Below are positions 31,769-41,179 of a DNA stretch of 64,000 bases, piece after piece. The stretch spans positions 5,664,001 to 5,728,000 of the forward strand of contig JBKAGP010000001.1 in assembly GCA_046290465.1 (NCBI GenBank). Reading direction: 5' to 3'. Within the stretch, counting starts at the first letter, position 1; each line of letters opens with the position of its first letter. The notes beneath the pieces are model-generated. The model was not told the DNA's origin. It did not search any database and saw nothing but the letters and a program-made list of their open reading frames with translations. Source of the DNA: Planctomycetota bacterium. GTDB taxonomy: Bacteria > Planctomycetota > UBA1135 > UBA2386. The position numbers and the translations under genes are program-made.

Positions 31769-32948
31769 CGACCTCCGCCAGGTGGGCATATTGCCCTTCG
31801 TCGTTGTAGGCCTGCGGCGAGATGCGCAGCAGGCGCAGGTGCGGCTTGGGCCAGCGCATCACCGGGACCTCGATGCGGTGCCGTTCCCAGAGCGCAACCT
31901 GAAGCGGGTCAAGACCTTGTGGCGAAATGATCGGCTCATTGCTCGGCGGCAGCACGACCGACGCCAGCGAGCCGATCATCGCGTCGGGGGCCGGCGGTGC
32001 GGTGCCGAGCGCTGCGCACAGCAGGTCGCGGCCGCGCAGCGCCAGCTCGTGGTTGTGCCGGCGCAGCGCCGGCAGGCCGCCCGGCAGCAGTTGCTGCAAG
32101 AACCGGATCGCCGCCGGCACGCACAGGGCCGGCGTGTAGTCGTTGGTGCCGCAGAAGTCGAACTCGAGCCGGAACCGCGAACGGTCGTCGCGCGGCACGT
32201 TGGCGCCGTGGCTGATGGTCAGCGGCCGGATCTGCTGCTGGCGGTCGCGCCGCACGTGCAGCAGCGCCGAGCCCTTCGGCGTGCACAGCCACTTGTGGCA
32301 GTTGCCGGTGTAGTAGGCGGCGCCGAGCGCGTCGAGGTCGAGCGGCAGCATGCCGGGTGCGTGGGCGCCGTCGACCAGCGTGTCGATGCCGCGTTCGGTC
32401 ATCGCAGAGACCAGCCGTTCGACCGGGTTGACCAGGCCGGTCGGGCTGGTGACGTGGTCGATCAGCAGCAGCCGGGTGCGCTCGCTGACCCGCTCGAGCA
32501 CGCGCGCGACGACGGTGTCGGCGTCGTCGATCGGGAACGGCACCGCGGCGACCACGACCCGTGCTCCGGCCCGTTCGGCGACGAAGTCGAGCGCGTTGCG
32601 GCACGCGTTGTACTCGTGGTCGGTGACCAGCAGTTCGTCGCCCGGCGCGAACGTCAGCGAGCGCAGCACGGTGTTGACGCCGGTGGTCGCGTTGGGCACG
32701 AACGCGAGGTCGTCGGCGTCGCAGCCGACCAGCTGCGCCAGCGGCTGCCGCGCGTCGTCGAGCATCGCCTCGAGTTCGCGATGCAGGAACTTCAGCGGCT
32801 GGGCCTCCATGCGCGCACGCAGCTGCTGCTGCAGCTCCATCACGACGCGCGGGCAGGCGCCGAAGCTGCCGTGGTTGAGGAAGACGACGTCGGGGTCGAG
32901 GTCCCAGTGGTGGGCGAGCGGCGACGGCGAAGGCATGTGCATGGTCAT
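31752..32948 (-). CDS. Class V PLP enzyme (isopenicillin-N epimerase / Egt2-like C-S lyase)
   Basis: FLNHGSFGACP, NATTG, HVTSPT, VDGAHAPG, GNCHKW. Confidence 0.9.
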   Translation of the reverse strand: MTMHMPSPSPLAHHWDLDPDVVFLNHGSFGACPRVVMELQQQLRARMEAQPLKFLHRELEAMLDDARQPLAQLVGCDADDLAFVPNATTGVNTVLRSLTFAPGDELLVTDHEYNACRNALDFVAERAGARVVVAAVPFPIDDADTVVARVLERVSERTRLLLIDHVTSPTGLVNPVERLVSAMTERGIDTLVDGAHAPGMLPLDLDALGAAYYTGNCHKWLCTPKGSALLHVRRDRQQQIRPLTISHGANVPRDDRSRFRLEFDFCGTNDYTPALCVPAAIRFLQQLLPGGLPALRRHNHELALRGRDLLCAALGTAPPAPDAMIGSLASVVLPPSNEPIISPQGLDPLQVALWERHRIEVPVMRWPKPHLRLLRISPQAYNDEGQYAHLAEVVQTLV

Positions 32949-34219
32949 TCGATGCGCACCCAGACGCGCACGGCCGCGCTGCGCAGCCTGTTGGCGTCGG
33001 GCGGTCCTTCGTGCAGGTGCACGAACGGCTGCGCCAGGATCGGTCCCTTGGCGGTCAGCTTGCGGTTGGCGAGCGCGCGTTCGAGCTGCTGGCGGCCGGT
33101 CGCGATGCGCTGCTCGACGTCGCCCTCGGTTGGGTAGACGACCAGCAGGCGGCCCTGCGGCACGTCGCTGAGCCAGTAGCCATCGGGCGCGTCGAACTCC
33201 GGGCCGTCGTCGCGGCGGCGGAACGGCGCGGCCAGCAGCCCGCGGCTGCGCTCGTCGACGAAGATGCACGGGAAGCCGGCGATGCGCTGCTGCTGCCGCT
33301 GCAGTTCCTCGATCACCGGCCGGTAGGTCTCGTGGCGCGTCTGCCAGTCGCCGGGATCCGGCAGCACGACCAGCCGGGTCGCCTTGCCGGCGACGACGAT
33401 CGGCGTCGCCGACTGGGTCTCGACGACGGCGCCCGGGATCGGCGTGCGGATCGTATTCGGTTGGGTCGTGTCGCCGTTGGCCCGCTGCGCGCCCGGCAGC
33501 TCGAAGTAGGCGGGCGGGAACTGCACGCCGCCGTCCTCGAACACGACCCGGCACAGGCCGAGGCGCGCATGCCGCAGCGTGCGTGCGACCCACGACACGC
33601 GCGTTTGCAGGTAGTTCTCGATCGCGACGGTGGTCCGCGCCTTGGTGAACGCGCGCGGCAGCAGCGTGCCGGCGAACAGCGTCATCGTCGCGGTCGCGCC
33701 GTCGCCGTCGCGCAGCCGGAAGCCGTCGCCGACGGCCTCGCAGCCGCTTGCGCGGTGCAGCGCGCCGAACGCCGCCGCGTCGACCACCTGCAGCGCGTCA
33801 CGCAGCAGCAGCGCCTCGGGCTCGTCGACCGCCGCGCCGTCCATCCGCCGCACGACGTCGTCGCGCACCAGCCAGTCCCGGGTGCCTTCGCGCACGCGGG
33901 CGCGGTCGGGCAGGTGGGCCTGCACCAGCAGTTGGCGGCCGTCGGCGAGCGTCAGGCGCACCTTGACGCGGCGCATGCGATCCATCAGCGGGCCGTGGCA
34001 CTCGGCCAGGATCGCCGCGGGCAGGTCCGCGGCCGCGATCTCGGCGACGTCGACGGCGCGCGCCTGTGCCGGTGCGGCGGTCGGCGTCGGGGCGTCCTCG
34101 GGCGGCTGCCCGCAGCCCGCCAGCACCGCCAGCAGGCAGGCGGTCGCGAGCCCGTGCGCGAACGGCCGCCGGGCCGCTAGTCCTTGCCGTTCTCGCCGCG
34201 ATCGAAGACCTTGCGCCAC
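32945..34219 (-). CDS. Hypothetical lipoprotein, possible C-terminal GyrI-like domain
   Basis: LAVLAGC lipobox; GTG at 34219 inferred (overlaps upstream gene); ATGA overlap with aminotransferase. Confidence 0.6.
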   Translation of the reverse strand: MAQGLRSRRERQGLAARRPFAHGLATACLLAVLAGCGQPPEDAPTPTAAPAQARAVDVAEIAAADLPAAILAECHGPLMDRMRRVKVRLTLADGRQLLVQAHLPDRARVREGTRDWLVRDDVVRRMDGAAVDEPEALLLRDALQVVDAAAFGALHRASGCEAVGDGFRLRDGDGATATMTLFAGTLLPRAFTKARTTVAIENYLQTRVSWVARTLRHARLGLCRVVFEDGGVQFPPAYFELPGAQRANGDTTQPNTIRTPIPGAVVETQSATPIVVAGKATRLVVLPDPGDWQTRHETYRPVIEELQRQQQRIAGFPCIFVDERSRGLLAAPFRRRDDGPEFDAPDGYWLSDVPQGRLLVVYPTEGDVEQRIATGRQQLERALANRKLTAKGPILAQPFVHLHEGPPDANRLRSAAVRVWVRIE

Positions 34220-35172
34220 GCGTCCAGGTCGTAGCCGTAGTCCTTGTTGCCGGCAAGCGCCGCCAGCGCCTTGCGGGCGTGCAGGCGCACGTTCTGCACC
34301 GATTCGGACGGCTCGAGCAGCTTCAGCAGGTCCTGCCAGCGGTCCTGCGCGTTCATCCGCCCGAGCGCCAGCGCCGACGCCATGCGCAGCCGCGGCACCG
34401 GGTGGCGCAGCAGCGGCGCGACCAGGTCGGCGTGCTTGTCGTCGCCGGTCAGGCCGAGGCCGCGCACCGCGGTGACCAGCACGCCGGGCGGCATGCGCTC
34501 GAGCTCGGTGGTCAGGAAGCGACGCCAGTAGCGCACGATCTCGTCGGGCGTCGTCGACGCGGTCTGCACGCGGTAGAGCGCCCAGGCGGCCTGCACGCGG
34601 CCGTCCTCGGGGTGGCGGTCGTTCTCGACGACCGCGGCCAGCGGGCCGGGCATGGTGGTCGGCGAACGCAGGATCGCGAGGCCGAACACCGCCTTGTCGA
34701 CGATCTCCGGATCGTCCGACATGGTGCCGTTCTCGATCAGGTTGGTGACGTCGTGGCGGCCGGAGAAGCCGAGCGCCGCGAGCGCGATGCCCTGCTGGCG
34801 CGGCTCCGACGAGTCGGCCGCGAGCGCGCGCAGCTGGCGCAGGTTGTCGCCGACCTCGTAGTCGTTGGGGTCGTCGCCGTAACGAATGGCCTTGCTGCCG
34901 AGCACCAGCTTCTGCACGTACTCCTCGATCTGCTTGGCCTGCTTGTCGGCGCGCGGGTCCCCCTGGTTGGCCAGCGCCATCGCGTAGCTCTCCATCGCCT
35001 GGTCGAGCTTGATCAGCACCTGCTCGAGGCGGCGCCGGCTCTTGTCGTCGGCGTTGCGCTGCTGCTCGGTCTTGACCAGCTCGGGGTCGGACTCGGTGCG
35101 CAGCGTCGGCGTCGACGAGCACGAGGCGAACAGCAGGACGAGCAGCGGCAGCGAGGCGAACGGACGGATCAT
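34177..35172 (-). CDS. HEAT-repeat lipoprotein
   Basis: LLFASC lipobox; repeated R..AA.ALG units (RVQAAWAL, RMASALALGRM, VRLHARKAL). Confidence 0.8.
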   Translation of the reverse strand: MIRPFASLPLLVLLFASCSSTPTLRTESDPELVKTEQQRNADDKSRRRLEQVLIKLDQAMESYAMALANQGDPRADKQAKQIEEYVQKLVLGSKAIRYGDDPNDYEVGDNLRQLRALAADSSEPRQQGIALAALGFSGRHDVTNLIENGTMSDDPEIVDKAVFGLAILRSPTTMPGPLAAVVENDRHPEDGRVQAAWALYRVQTASTTPDEIVRYWRRFLTTELERMPPGVLVTAVRGLGLTGDDKHADLVAPLLRHPVPRLRMASALALGRMNAQDRWQDLLKLLEPSESVQNVRLHARKALAALAGNKDYGYDLDAWRKVFDRGENGKD

Positions 35173-35243
35173 GGCGGGCCTTGGACTGGGTTCGGCCTCC
35201 ATCCTTCCCGCTTGTTGCCCCGGATGCCAGAATCGCCGCTCCG

Positions 35244-36269
35244 ATGGCTGATCCGACACGTCACGAGTGCGAGCAACTGCGCGCAGTCTGGGACCGCAGC
35301 AGCCGGGCGCAGGTGCTGGTCGCGGTGCACGATACGCGGCTCGGCCCGGCGCACGGCGGCATCCGCCGCTGGGCCTATGGCGACCTCGCCGAGGCCGAAC
35401 GCGACGTCGTCGCGCTGGCGAGCGCGATGACCTGGAAGTGCGCGCTGGCCGAGGTGCCGGCCGGCGGCGGCAAGGCGGTGATCGTCGACCGGCCCGACCT
35501 CGACCGCGAGGCCGCCTACCGCCTCGTCGGCCGCATCGTCGCCGAGCTCGGCGGCGCGTTCTACACCGGTCCCGACGTCAACACGACCGCTGCCGACCTG
35601 CGCGTGGTCGCCGAGCAGACCCGCTTCGTCGCGACCGACGCCGACGACGGCCCCGGCGACCTGGCTGCGGCGACCAGCGAGGGCGTGCTGGCGGCGCTGC
35701 TGGCGCTGGCCGAACGGCTCGAACGGCCGGTCGACCAGCTGCACTGCGTGGTGCAGGGCCTCGGCGCGGTCGGCTTCGGCCTGTGCCAGCGGCTGGCCGC
35801 GCGCGGCGCCCGGCTGTCGGTGTTCGACGTGCTGCCCGAGCCGGTCGAACGGGCGGTGCAGCAGTTCGACGCGCGCGCGCTCGAGCACGACCAGCTGGCC
35901 GACACCGAGGCCGACGTGTTCGCCCCCTGTGCGCTCGGCGGCGTGCTGACCGAGGCGGTCGCGCGTTCGATCCCGGTGCGCGGCGTCTGCGGCGCCGCCA
36001 ACAACGTGTTCGCCGACGACGCCGCGGTCACCGCCGCACATCAGCGCGGCCTGCTGGTCGTGCCGGACTTCGTCGCCAACGCCGGGGCGCTGATCCAGGG
36101 CGCCCTGTGGAACCTGCAGCAGCAGCGGGTCGGCGTCGACCGCCTGCACCGGATCGGCGACACCGTGCGCGAGGTGCTGGCGCGCGCCGCCGCAGAACGG
36201 CTGCCGCCGACGCAGCTGGCGCTGCAGCTGGCGCGCGAGCGGGTGGAGCGCGCGGGCTCCGCGTCGTAG
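35244..36269 (+). CDS. Leu/Phe/Val dehydrogenase family
   Basis: LGPAHGGIR, MTWK, GGGK, GPDVNT, QGLGAVG, PCALG, GAANN, PDFVANAG. Confidence 0.92.
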   Translation: MADPTRHECEQLRAVWDRSSRAQVLVAVHDTRLGPAHGGIRRWAYGDLAEAERDVVALASAMTWKCALAEVPAGGGKAVIVDRPDLDREAAYRLVGRIVAELGGAFYTGPDVNTTAADLRVVAEQTRFVATDADDGPGDLAAATSEGVLAALLALAERLERPVDQLHCVVQGLGAVGFGLCQRLAARGARLSVFDVLPEPVERAVQQFDARALEHDQLADTEADVFAPCALGGVLTEAVARSIPVRGVCGAANNVFADDAAVTAAHQRGLLVVPDFVANAGALIQGALWNLQQQRVGVDRLHRIGDTVREVLARAAAERLPPTQLALQLARERVERAGSAS

Positions 36270-36280
36270 CGTGCACGGTG

Positions 36281-36676
36281 ATGACTGAGTTCTCCGACCC
36301 GCCGCACCGCGTGCGCGTTCGCTACTGCGAGACCGACCGCATGGCCGTCGCGCACCACGGCAGCTACGTCGCCTGGTTCGAAGAGGCGCGCACCGAGTGG
36401 ATGCGGCAGCGCGGCCGCACCTACCGCGAGATCGAGGACGACGGCAACCTCCTGCAGGTCGTCGACTTCCAGTGCAGCTACCACAAGCCGGTCGACTACG
36501 ACGAAGTGGTCGCGATCCGCGTGCGCATCGAGGCGTCGGGCCGCGCGGCGCTGACGCTGGCCTACGAGGCGAGGCGCGAGTCCGACGACCAGGTCTGCGC
36601 GACCGGCAGCACGCGGCTGGCCTGCGTCGGCCGCGACGGTCGGCTGCGGCGGCTGCCCAAGGAGCTGCTGGCGTGA
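36281..36676 (+). CDS. YbgC/FadM-family acyl-CoA thioesterase
   Basis: RVRYCETD.M..AHH..Y..WFE.AR hot-dog motif; in-frame GTG alternative at 36278. Confidence 0.9.
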   Translation: MTEFSDPPHRVRVRYCETDRMAVAHHGSYVAWFEEARTEWMRQRGRTYREIEDDGNLLQVVDFQCSYHKPVDYDEVVAIRVRIEASGRAALTLAYEARRESDDQVCATGSTRLACVGRDGRLRRLPKELLA

Positions 36677-38010
36677 GGCTGCACCTGGCGCTGCTGCTTG
36701 CGACGACCGCCACCGGCCTCGCGGCGCAGGACGTCGCGATCGCCAGGGGTGAGGCCTTCGAGCTGCACCTGCACGGCGGCAGCGAGCGCGTCGCGAAGCA
36801 GGCGCTGGAGGTCGTCGAGCCGGTCTGGCCGATCGTCTGCAAGGTGTTCGGCAGCCCCGACGCGCGGCCCGAACGGCTGCTCGAGGTGCACCTGTATCGC
36901 GACGTCGACGGCTACCTGCGCGCCGACCGCGAGCTGACCGGCGGCCGTTTCGGGCCCAACCAGGCGATGTCGCACTGGAACAGCAAGAGCGCGCACGTCG
37001 CGATGCAGCCGCCCTGCAGCGACGCGCTGCTCGACCGCCTGGGCCTGCCGCTGCAGACCGAGGCGATGCTGGCGTGGGAGGCGTGCCACATCGCGCGCTT
37101 CGAGCTGTGCCCGAACTTCCGTTCGCACCCGGGCTGGTTCCACGACGGCCTCGCCGCGACGACCGCGCAGCAGGTGCTGCGGCAGCGGCATCCCAAGATG
37201 GGCGAGCAGCCGTTCTTCACGCAGCGCTGGCGACGGGTGCGGCGGCTGGCCGACGACGGCGACCTGCTGGCGGTGGCGCCGCTGCTCGGCGACGAGACCC
37301 ACGGCATGGCGATGCGCGACCGCTACGCCGAGCGCATCGCGTTCTTCGAGTTTGCCCAGCAGAAGCGCCCGCGCCGCCTGCGCGAGATCGCCAGGAAGGT
37401 GCGTTCGACCGGCGGCGGCAGCAACTACGCCGGCAAGGTGCGCGAAGCGGCAGTGGCGGCGCTCGGCGGCCTCGACGCCGCGTTCCGCAAGCGCGCGGCG
37501 GCGGCGAGCCCGGAGTGGGACGAGCAGATCCGATCCCTGTGGTGCATCGGCGACGAGTGGCACCAGCGCGCCTTCGCCGACACCAACGCGGTCGCGTTCC
37601 GCGCCGAGCCGGTGCGCGGCCGCCGCTTCCGCGTCGCCGGCGAGGTGATGATCCACGCCGGCAGCAAGCAGCAGATGAACCTGCTGTTCGCGCGTTCGGC
37701 CGAGGGCTTCTACTCGCTGGCGATCACCGCCGGGGTCGGGTTCACGCTGTTCGACCATCGCTTCGACGGCAACGTCTGGCGGGTCGTCGAGCGCGGTCGG
37801 CACGAGGGAGTGCGGGCGGACGAGTTCTTGCGCTTCGAGCTGTCGGGCAAGGGCAGGAACGTCGAGCTGCGGCTGGCGGGCGAGTCGTGGCAGATCACGT
37901 TGCCGCGGGCGCTGCCGGATGAGGTGCGGTGGGGTGTCGGCGCGCAGGGGGGTGGGGATGCGGTTTGTGGGAGTAGTGGGGTCTGGCGGGGGGTCAAGGG
38001 TGGCAGGTGA
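36673..38010 (+). CDS. Secreted protein with degenerate gluzincin-like domain and beta-rich C-terminal domain
   Basis: GTGA overlap, signal peptide ending AAQ, LAWEACH...PGWFHDGLA. Confidence 0.7.
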   Translation: MRLHLALLLATTATGLAAQDVAIARGEAFELHLHGGSERVAKQALEVVEPVWPIVCKVFGSPDARPERLLEVHLYRDVDGYLRADRELTGGRFGPNQAMSHWNSKSAHVAMQPPCSDALLDRLGLPLQTEAMLAWEACHIARFELCPNFRSHPGWFHDGLAATTAQQVLRQRHPKMGEQPFFTQRWRRVRRLADDGDLLAVAPLLGDETHGMAMRDRYAERIAFFEFAQQKRPRRLREIARKVRSTGGGSNYAGKVREAAVAALGGLDAAFRKRAAAASPEWDEQIRSLWCIGDEWHQRAFADTNAVAFRAEPVRGRRFRVAGEVMIHAGSKQQMNLLFARSAEGFYSLAITAGVGFTLFDHRFDGNVWRVVERGRHEGVRADEFLRFELSGKGRNVELRLAGESWQITLPRALPDEVRWGVGAQGGGDAVCGSSGVWRGVKGGR

Positions 38011-38277
38011 TGGTGGTGTGTGGTCGGGGTTGGGTAGGTCTTCTTGTGGGGGGAGGCCGTGGGGGCGGTGAACCGGGCGAAGAGCGTGAGCGTGGTTGTC
38101 CGTGGGCTGGGGCGTGATGCGGGTGGCAGGCGGGTAGGCCTGCGGAACGCGTCGGCGGTAGCCGTCGGTGGTCGGTGCGGTTGCGGGGTGCCTGAGTTGG
38201 GCTAGGCTGGGGTTTGGTGCGGCGAGTTGGGTTCGTCGGCCGAGACCGAGTTGGTAAGAAGCCTGGAGGCGACTGCT

Positions 38278-38538
38278 TTGACCGAGCGTGCTTGTGCCCG
38301 ATGCGGCGCTGCGATGGAGGCCGGCTTCACAACCGCGGAGGGCCTGCTCGGTGGCGACCGAGTCGATTCGGGCAATGCGCGCCTTCGGTTCGTTGTCCCG
38401 TGCAGCGAGGCAACATCGTCCAACCCTCTCAAGGCGTTGGTTCAAGGCCTCGAGCACGGCGCGCCATCCCGGACCTACGCGATAACTGGCTGGAGATGTA
38501 CGGGATGCGCGGCGCTGGAGTTCATCGCTGACTCGTGA
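38278..38538 (+). CDS. Small zinc-ribbon protein (DUF6487-like)
   Basis: GGAGG RBS before TTG; CARCG..ME.G ... WRCTGC. Confidence 0.7.
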   Translation: MTERACARCGAAMEAGFTTAEGLLGGDRVDSGNARLRFVVPCSEATSSNPLKALVQGLEHGAPSRTYAITGWRCTGCAALEFIADS

Positions 38539-38639
38539 CCCGTTGTCTGGCGGCGTGAGCTCTGTCCACCAAACCGGGGGAAGGTCACGCCTCGAAGCAA
38601 TCCCTGACGGCGCTGCAGGCCTCAGATGAGTCGCGGTCG

Positions 38640-38948
38640 ATGCGCATCCTTGCTACCCCGATCTACTACGCGTTCTTCACGTTGATGGGTGCGGGCTCCA
38701 CCTCGGTGGTGGCTGCCTGGATCGCCTTGCGCTACCCCGGTGTCTTCTGTGACCCGGCGACGATCGGGCCTGACAAGCCCGTTCCAGACCACTGGCTCGT
38801 GGACGCGGCGCCTTGGCTTGGCGGTGCGGCAGGCCTTGTCGTCGCTTGGGGCCTTCCCCGCATGTTTCGGCGCTCGGCGCTGGATCCGGGAGGTAAGCTC
38901 GCCGTCCGACGAGGCGCTGTTTCGGATGACGCTTCGCACCGCGGGTAA
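38640..38948 (+). CDS. Hypothetical small membrane protein
   Basis: Two hydrophobic segments; fills the gap between co-oriented genes. Confidence 0.4.
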   Translation: MRILATPIYYAFFTLMGAGSTSVVAAWIALRYPGVFCDPATIGPDKPVPDHWLVDAAPWLGGAAGLVVAWGLPRMFRRSALDPGGKLAVRRGAVSDDASHRG

Positions 38949-38979
38949 GCCTCAAGAGGCGTCGGCCGAACGCGTGATC

Positions 38980-39687
38980 ATGATCGAGTTCCTATCGCGT
39001 CGGGTACGGAGGTGGCGAATGCAGATCCTCAAGGAGTCGAGCAGCAGCGGGCCAGGTGGCCTGCGCTTCTGCCTGGGTGACCGCAACCGCGATGTGGCTT
39101 CGGCACTTGCCTCCGCGTTCGCCGATCTCGACTTCGTCGAGGTCGCGTGCGGCGACCTGTTGGATGCGTCGCCCGACTGCGTCGTGTGTCCGGGCAACAG
39201 CTTTGGAGACATGGGCGGCGGGTTCGACAAGGCCGTCGACGACCTGCACGGAGGTCGTGCCCAGCCCGCGGTCGTCAAGGCGATCGCGCAGCAGTTCATG
39301 GGCGAGCTACCCGTGGGCGTCGGCTTGGTCGTCGACGTGCCCGATGCGAAGCGGGCTCGCTACCTGGTGATGGCGCCAACCATGCGGGTGCCTGGTCCTG
39401 CGCCAGCGATCGGTGCCTACCTCGCTACGCGTGGTGCATTGGTGGCGATCTCCAAGTTCCTGGCGGCGGCCAGGCCGGCGATTCGGACCGTTGCGATTCC
39501 GGGCATGTGCACGGGGGTCGGCGGGATGTCGTTCTCCGAGTCCGCGAGCCAGATGCGGGCCGCATTCGCGAGCGTTGTCGATGGACACTGGCGGCAGGTC
39601 GCGCACCCGGCGATGGCACCCTACGCCCTTCGAGGCGTCGGCCGACTCGGTGGCGATGCAGCTGGCGAAGCTGCGCGTCGCACCTGA
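38980..39687 (+). CDS. Macrodomain (Appr-1-p processing) protein
   Basis: GDLL, VCPGNSFGDMGGGFD, APTMRVP, IPGMCTGVGG; start uncertain (38980 or 39019). Confidence 0.88.
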   Translation: MIEFLSRRVRRWRMQILKESSSSGPGGLRFCLGDRNRDVASALASAFADLDFVEVACGDLLDASPDCVVCPGNSFGDMGGGFDKAVDDLHGGRAQPAVVKAIAQQFMGELPVGVGLVVDVPDAKRARYLVMAPTMRVPGPAPAIGAYLATRGALVAISKFLAAARPAIRTVAIPGMCTGVGGMSFSESASQMRAAFASVVDGHWRQVAHPAMAPYALRGVGRLGGDAAGEAARRT

Positions 39688-39829
39688 TCGTCACGGACGT
39701 TGGAATGGTCATGGCCACGCAGCCGCCGGACCTCCAGGTCGCGGTCGGAGCGCTGTCGGGCATGATCGGGTTCTTGCTGACGCGACCACGGCACGATCTT
39801 GCCACCCGTTCGCAACAGGGCGGTAGATT

Positions 39830-39893
39830 GTCGAACTCGCCGCTACGGCAGACCGCGCCGCGCGCGGCAGCTGATCAGTCGGAGACGTTGCAC
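39830..39893 (+). mobile_element. Possible degenerate integron attC site
   Basis: GTCGAAC-N5-GCTACGGC...GC-rich hairpin...GCTGATC...GTTGCAC; next ORF starts 17 bp later. Confidence 0.4.
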
Positions 39894-39909
39894 GTACTTT
39901 GCCTGCCTG

Positions 39910-40704
39910 ATGGGAATCACCTGGATCTTGGAACGCGGCGTCATGGCTGATGTGCACGAGCGACTTCGCGCGGCAGCTGCTGCGAGCGATCAGGAGGTGC
40001 TCGACTGGCGGGACGAGTGGTTCGAGAGCTGGCCGCGATGCACTGCTCGGCACGTTGTCTTCCACGGCAGCCTCGGCTTTGCGGCGCGCGTGCATGCCGA
40101 ATCACCCTGGACGCCGGGGGCGTTCTGCGATGTTCCTGCGTTCTGCTGCTCGTCGTGGTACGCGAGTGCGGGCAGATGGCTGCTGCACCGTGAATGGGCC
40201 ATGCAGACGGTCGCGTCGCTGGTCGCCGACCCGGTCGCAGCATTCGCTCGGTTCGGTAGCCCGCCTGCGCTGTTCGTGCGTCCCGACAGTCCGCTGAAGC
40301 CATTCTCCGGGAGGGTGGTTCGACGTGATCAGGTTTCCCTGGCGGCCCTGGACCACGGGTTCTACTTCGACGACACCTCGATCGCAGTGATCCTCGCTCC
40401 GGTCCGGCAGGTTGAGCGGGAGTGGCGGTATGTGGTCGTAGATGGGAGGGTGATAGCGGGCAGTGCCTACGTTGCCGAGAGGCGTGCCCCAAGCCCAGAC
40501 GATCCCAGTGGTGAGCCTTGGCGGTTTGCGCAGGCAGTCGCAAGCTCGCTGCCGGCGCCGGAGATCGCCTACGTGCTCGATGTGTGTTCCGCGGATGGTC
40601 AGCTGTGGCTCGTCGAGTTGAATCCTCTCAGTGGTGCCGACCTGTATGCATGCGACATGAATGCCGTCGTTCGTGAGATCGCTGGTGTCCTTGAACGATT
40701 CTAG
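39910..40704 (+). CDS. ATP-grasp domain protein (DUF4343/R2K-like)
   Basis: FHGSL, LFVRPDSPLKPFSG, EWRYVVVDG, YVLDVC, LVELNP. Confidence 0.85.
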   Translation: MGITWILERGVMADVHERLRAAAAASDQEVLDWRDEWFESWPRCTARHVVFHGSLGFAARVHAESPWTPGAFCDVPAFCCSSWYASAGRWLLHREWAMQTVASLVADPVAAFARFGSPPALFVRPDSPLKPFSGRVVRRDQVSLAALDHGFYFDDTSIAVILAPVRQVEREWRYVVVDGRVIAGSAYVAERRAPSPDDPSGEPWRFAQAVASSLPAPEIAYVLDVCSADGQLWLVELNPLSGADLYACDMNAVVREIAGVLERF

Positions 40705-40760
40705 AGGGTTCCAGGCGCTGGCAGCGTTTCGCGGCAGCTGGTCCGCCGAGAACGTTGTCT
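40705..40760 (+). mobile_element. Possible second attC remnant
   Basis: 40730-40757 matches 39863-39890 at 22 of 28 nt and ends in CGTTG; directly follows a stop codon. Confidence 0.35.
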
Positions 40761-40945
40761 TCTTGGAACCCGAACCGTGATGCACACATGGATCGACATC
40801 CTGGTTGCGCACGGCGCTGCGCGCCGCTGCTCAGGGGCCGAGAGGCTGGCGGACGTACTCGCAGTCATGGAGACGTTGATCAGATCGTCGGCATGGCGGA
40901 TCACGGCCATTCAACGTTCGGCTTCGTGACGGAGCCAGCGCCAAG

Positions 40946-41179
40946 ATGGATCCCGCGCGCGCGCGGAGAAGGGACCTGACTGGCTGGCTCGAGGACCTGT
41001 TGCCCCTGTTGGATGCTGGGGCGAAGGGCGAGGCGGTGGACGCGCCGCTCCGTGCCAGGCTGGATTGGCTGTTCCAGCCGCCGGTCTACCTGGCCTATTA
41101 CGTGCCCGAGGGGGTGGCCTTGGCGGTGGACGAGACCGCGGATGGCAAGACCTTCGCCGCCAGGTTCGTGTCCCGGTAG
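40946..41179 (+). CDS. Hypothetical protein, possibly the 3' fragment of a broken gene (short ORF at 40780-40929 upstream)
   Basis: Protein-like composition, co-oriented with island genes. Confidence 0.35.
   Translation: MDPARARRRDLTGWLEDLLPLLDAGAKGEAVDAPLRARLDWLFQPPVYLAYYVPEGVALAVDETADGKTFAARFVSR

Noticed and set aside
31752..32948. Beta-lactam or ergothioneine biosynthetic cluster
   Set aside because: No pcbAB/pcbC/cefE or egtB/egtD in the window; the enzyme family is widespread
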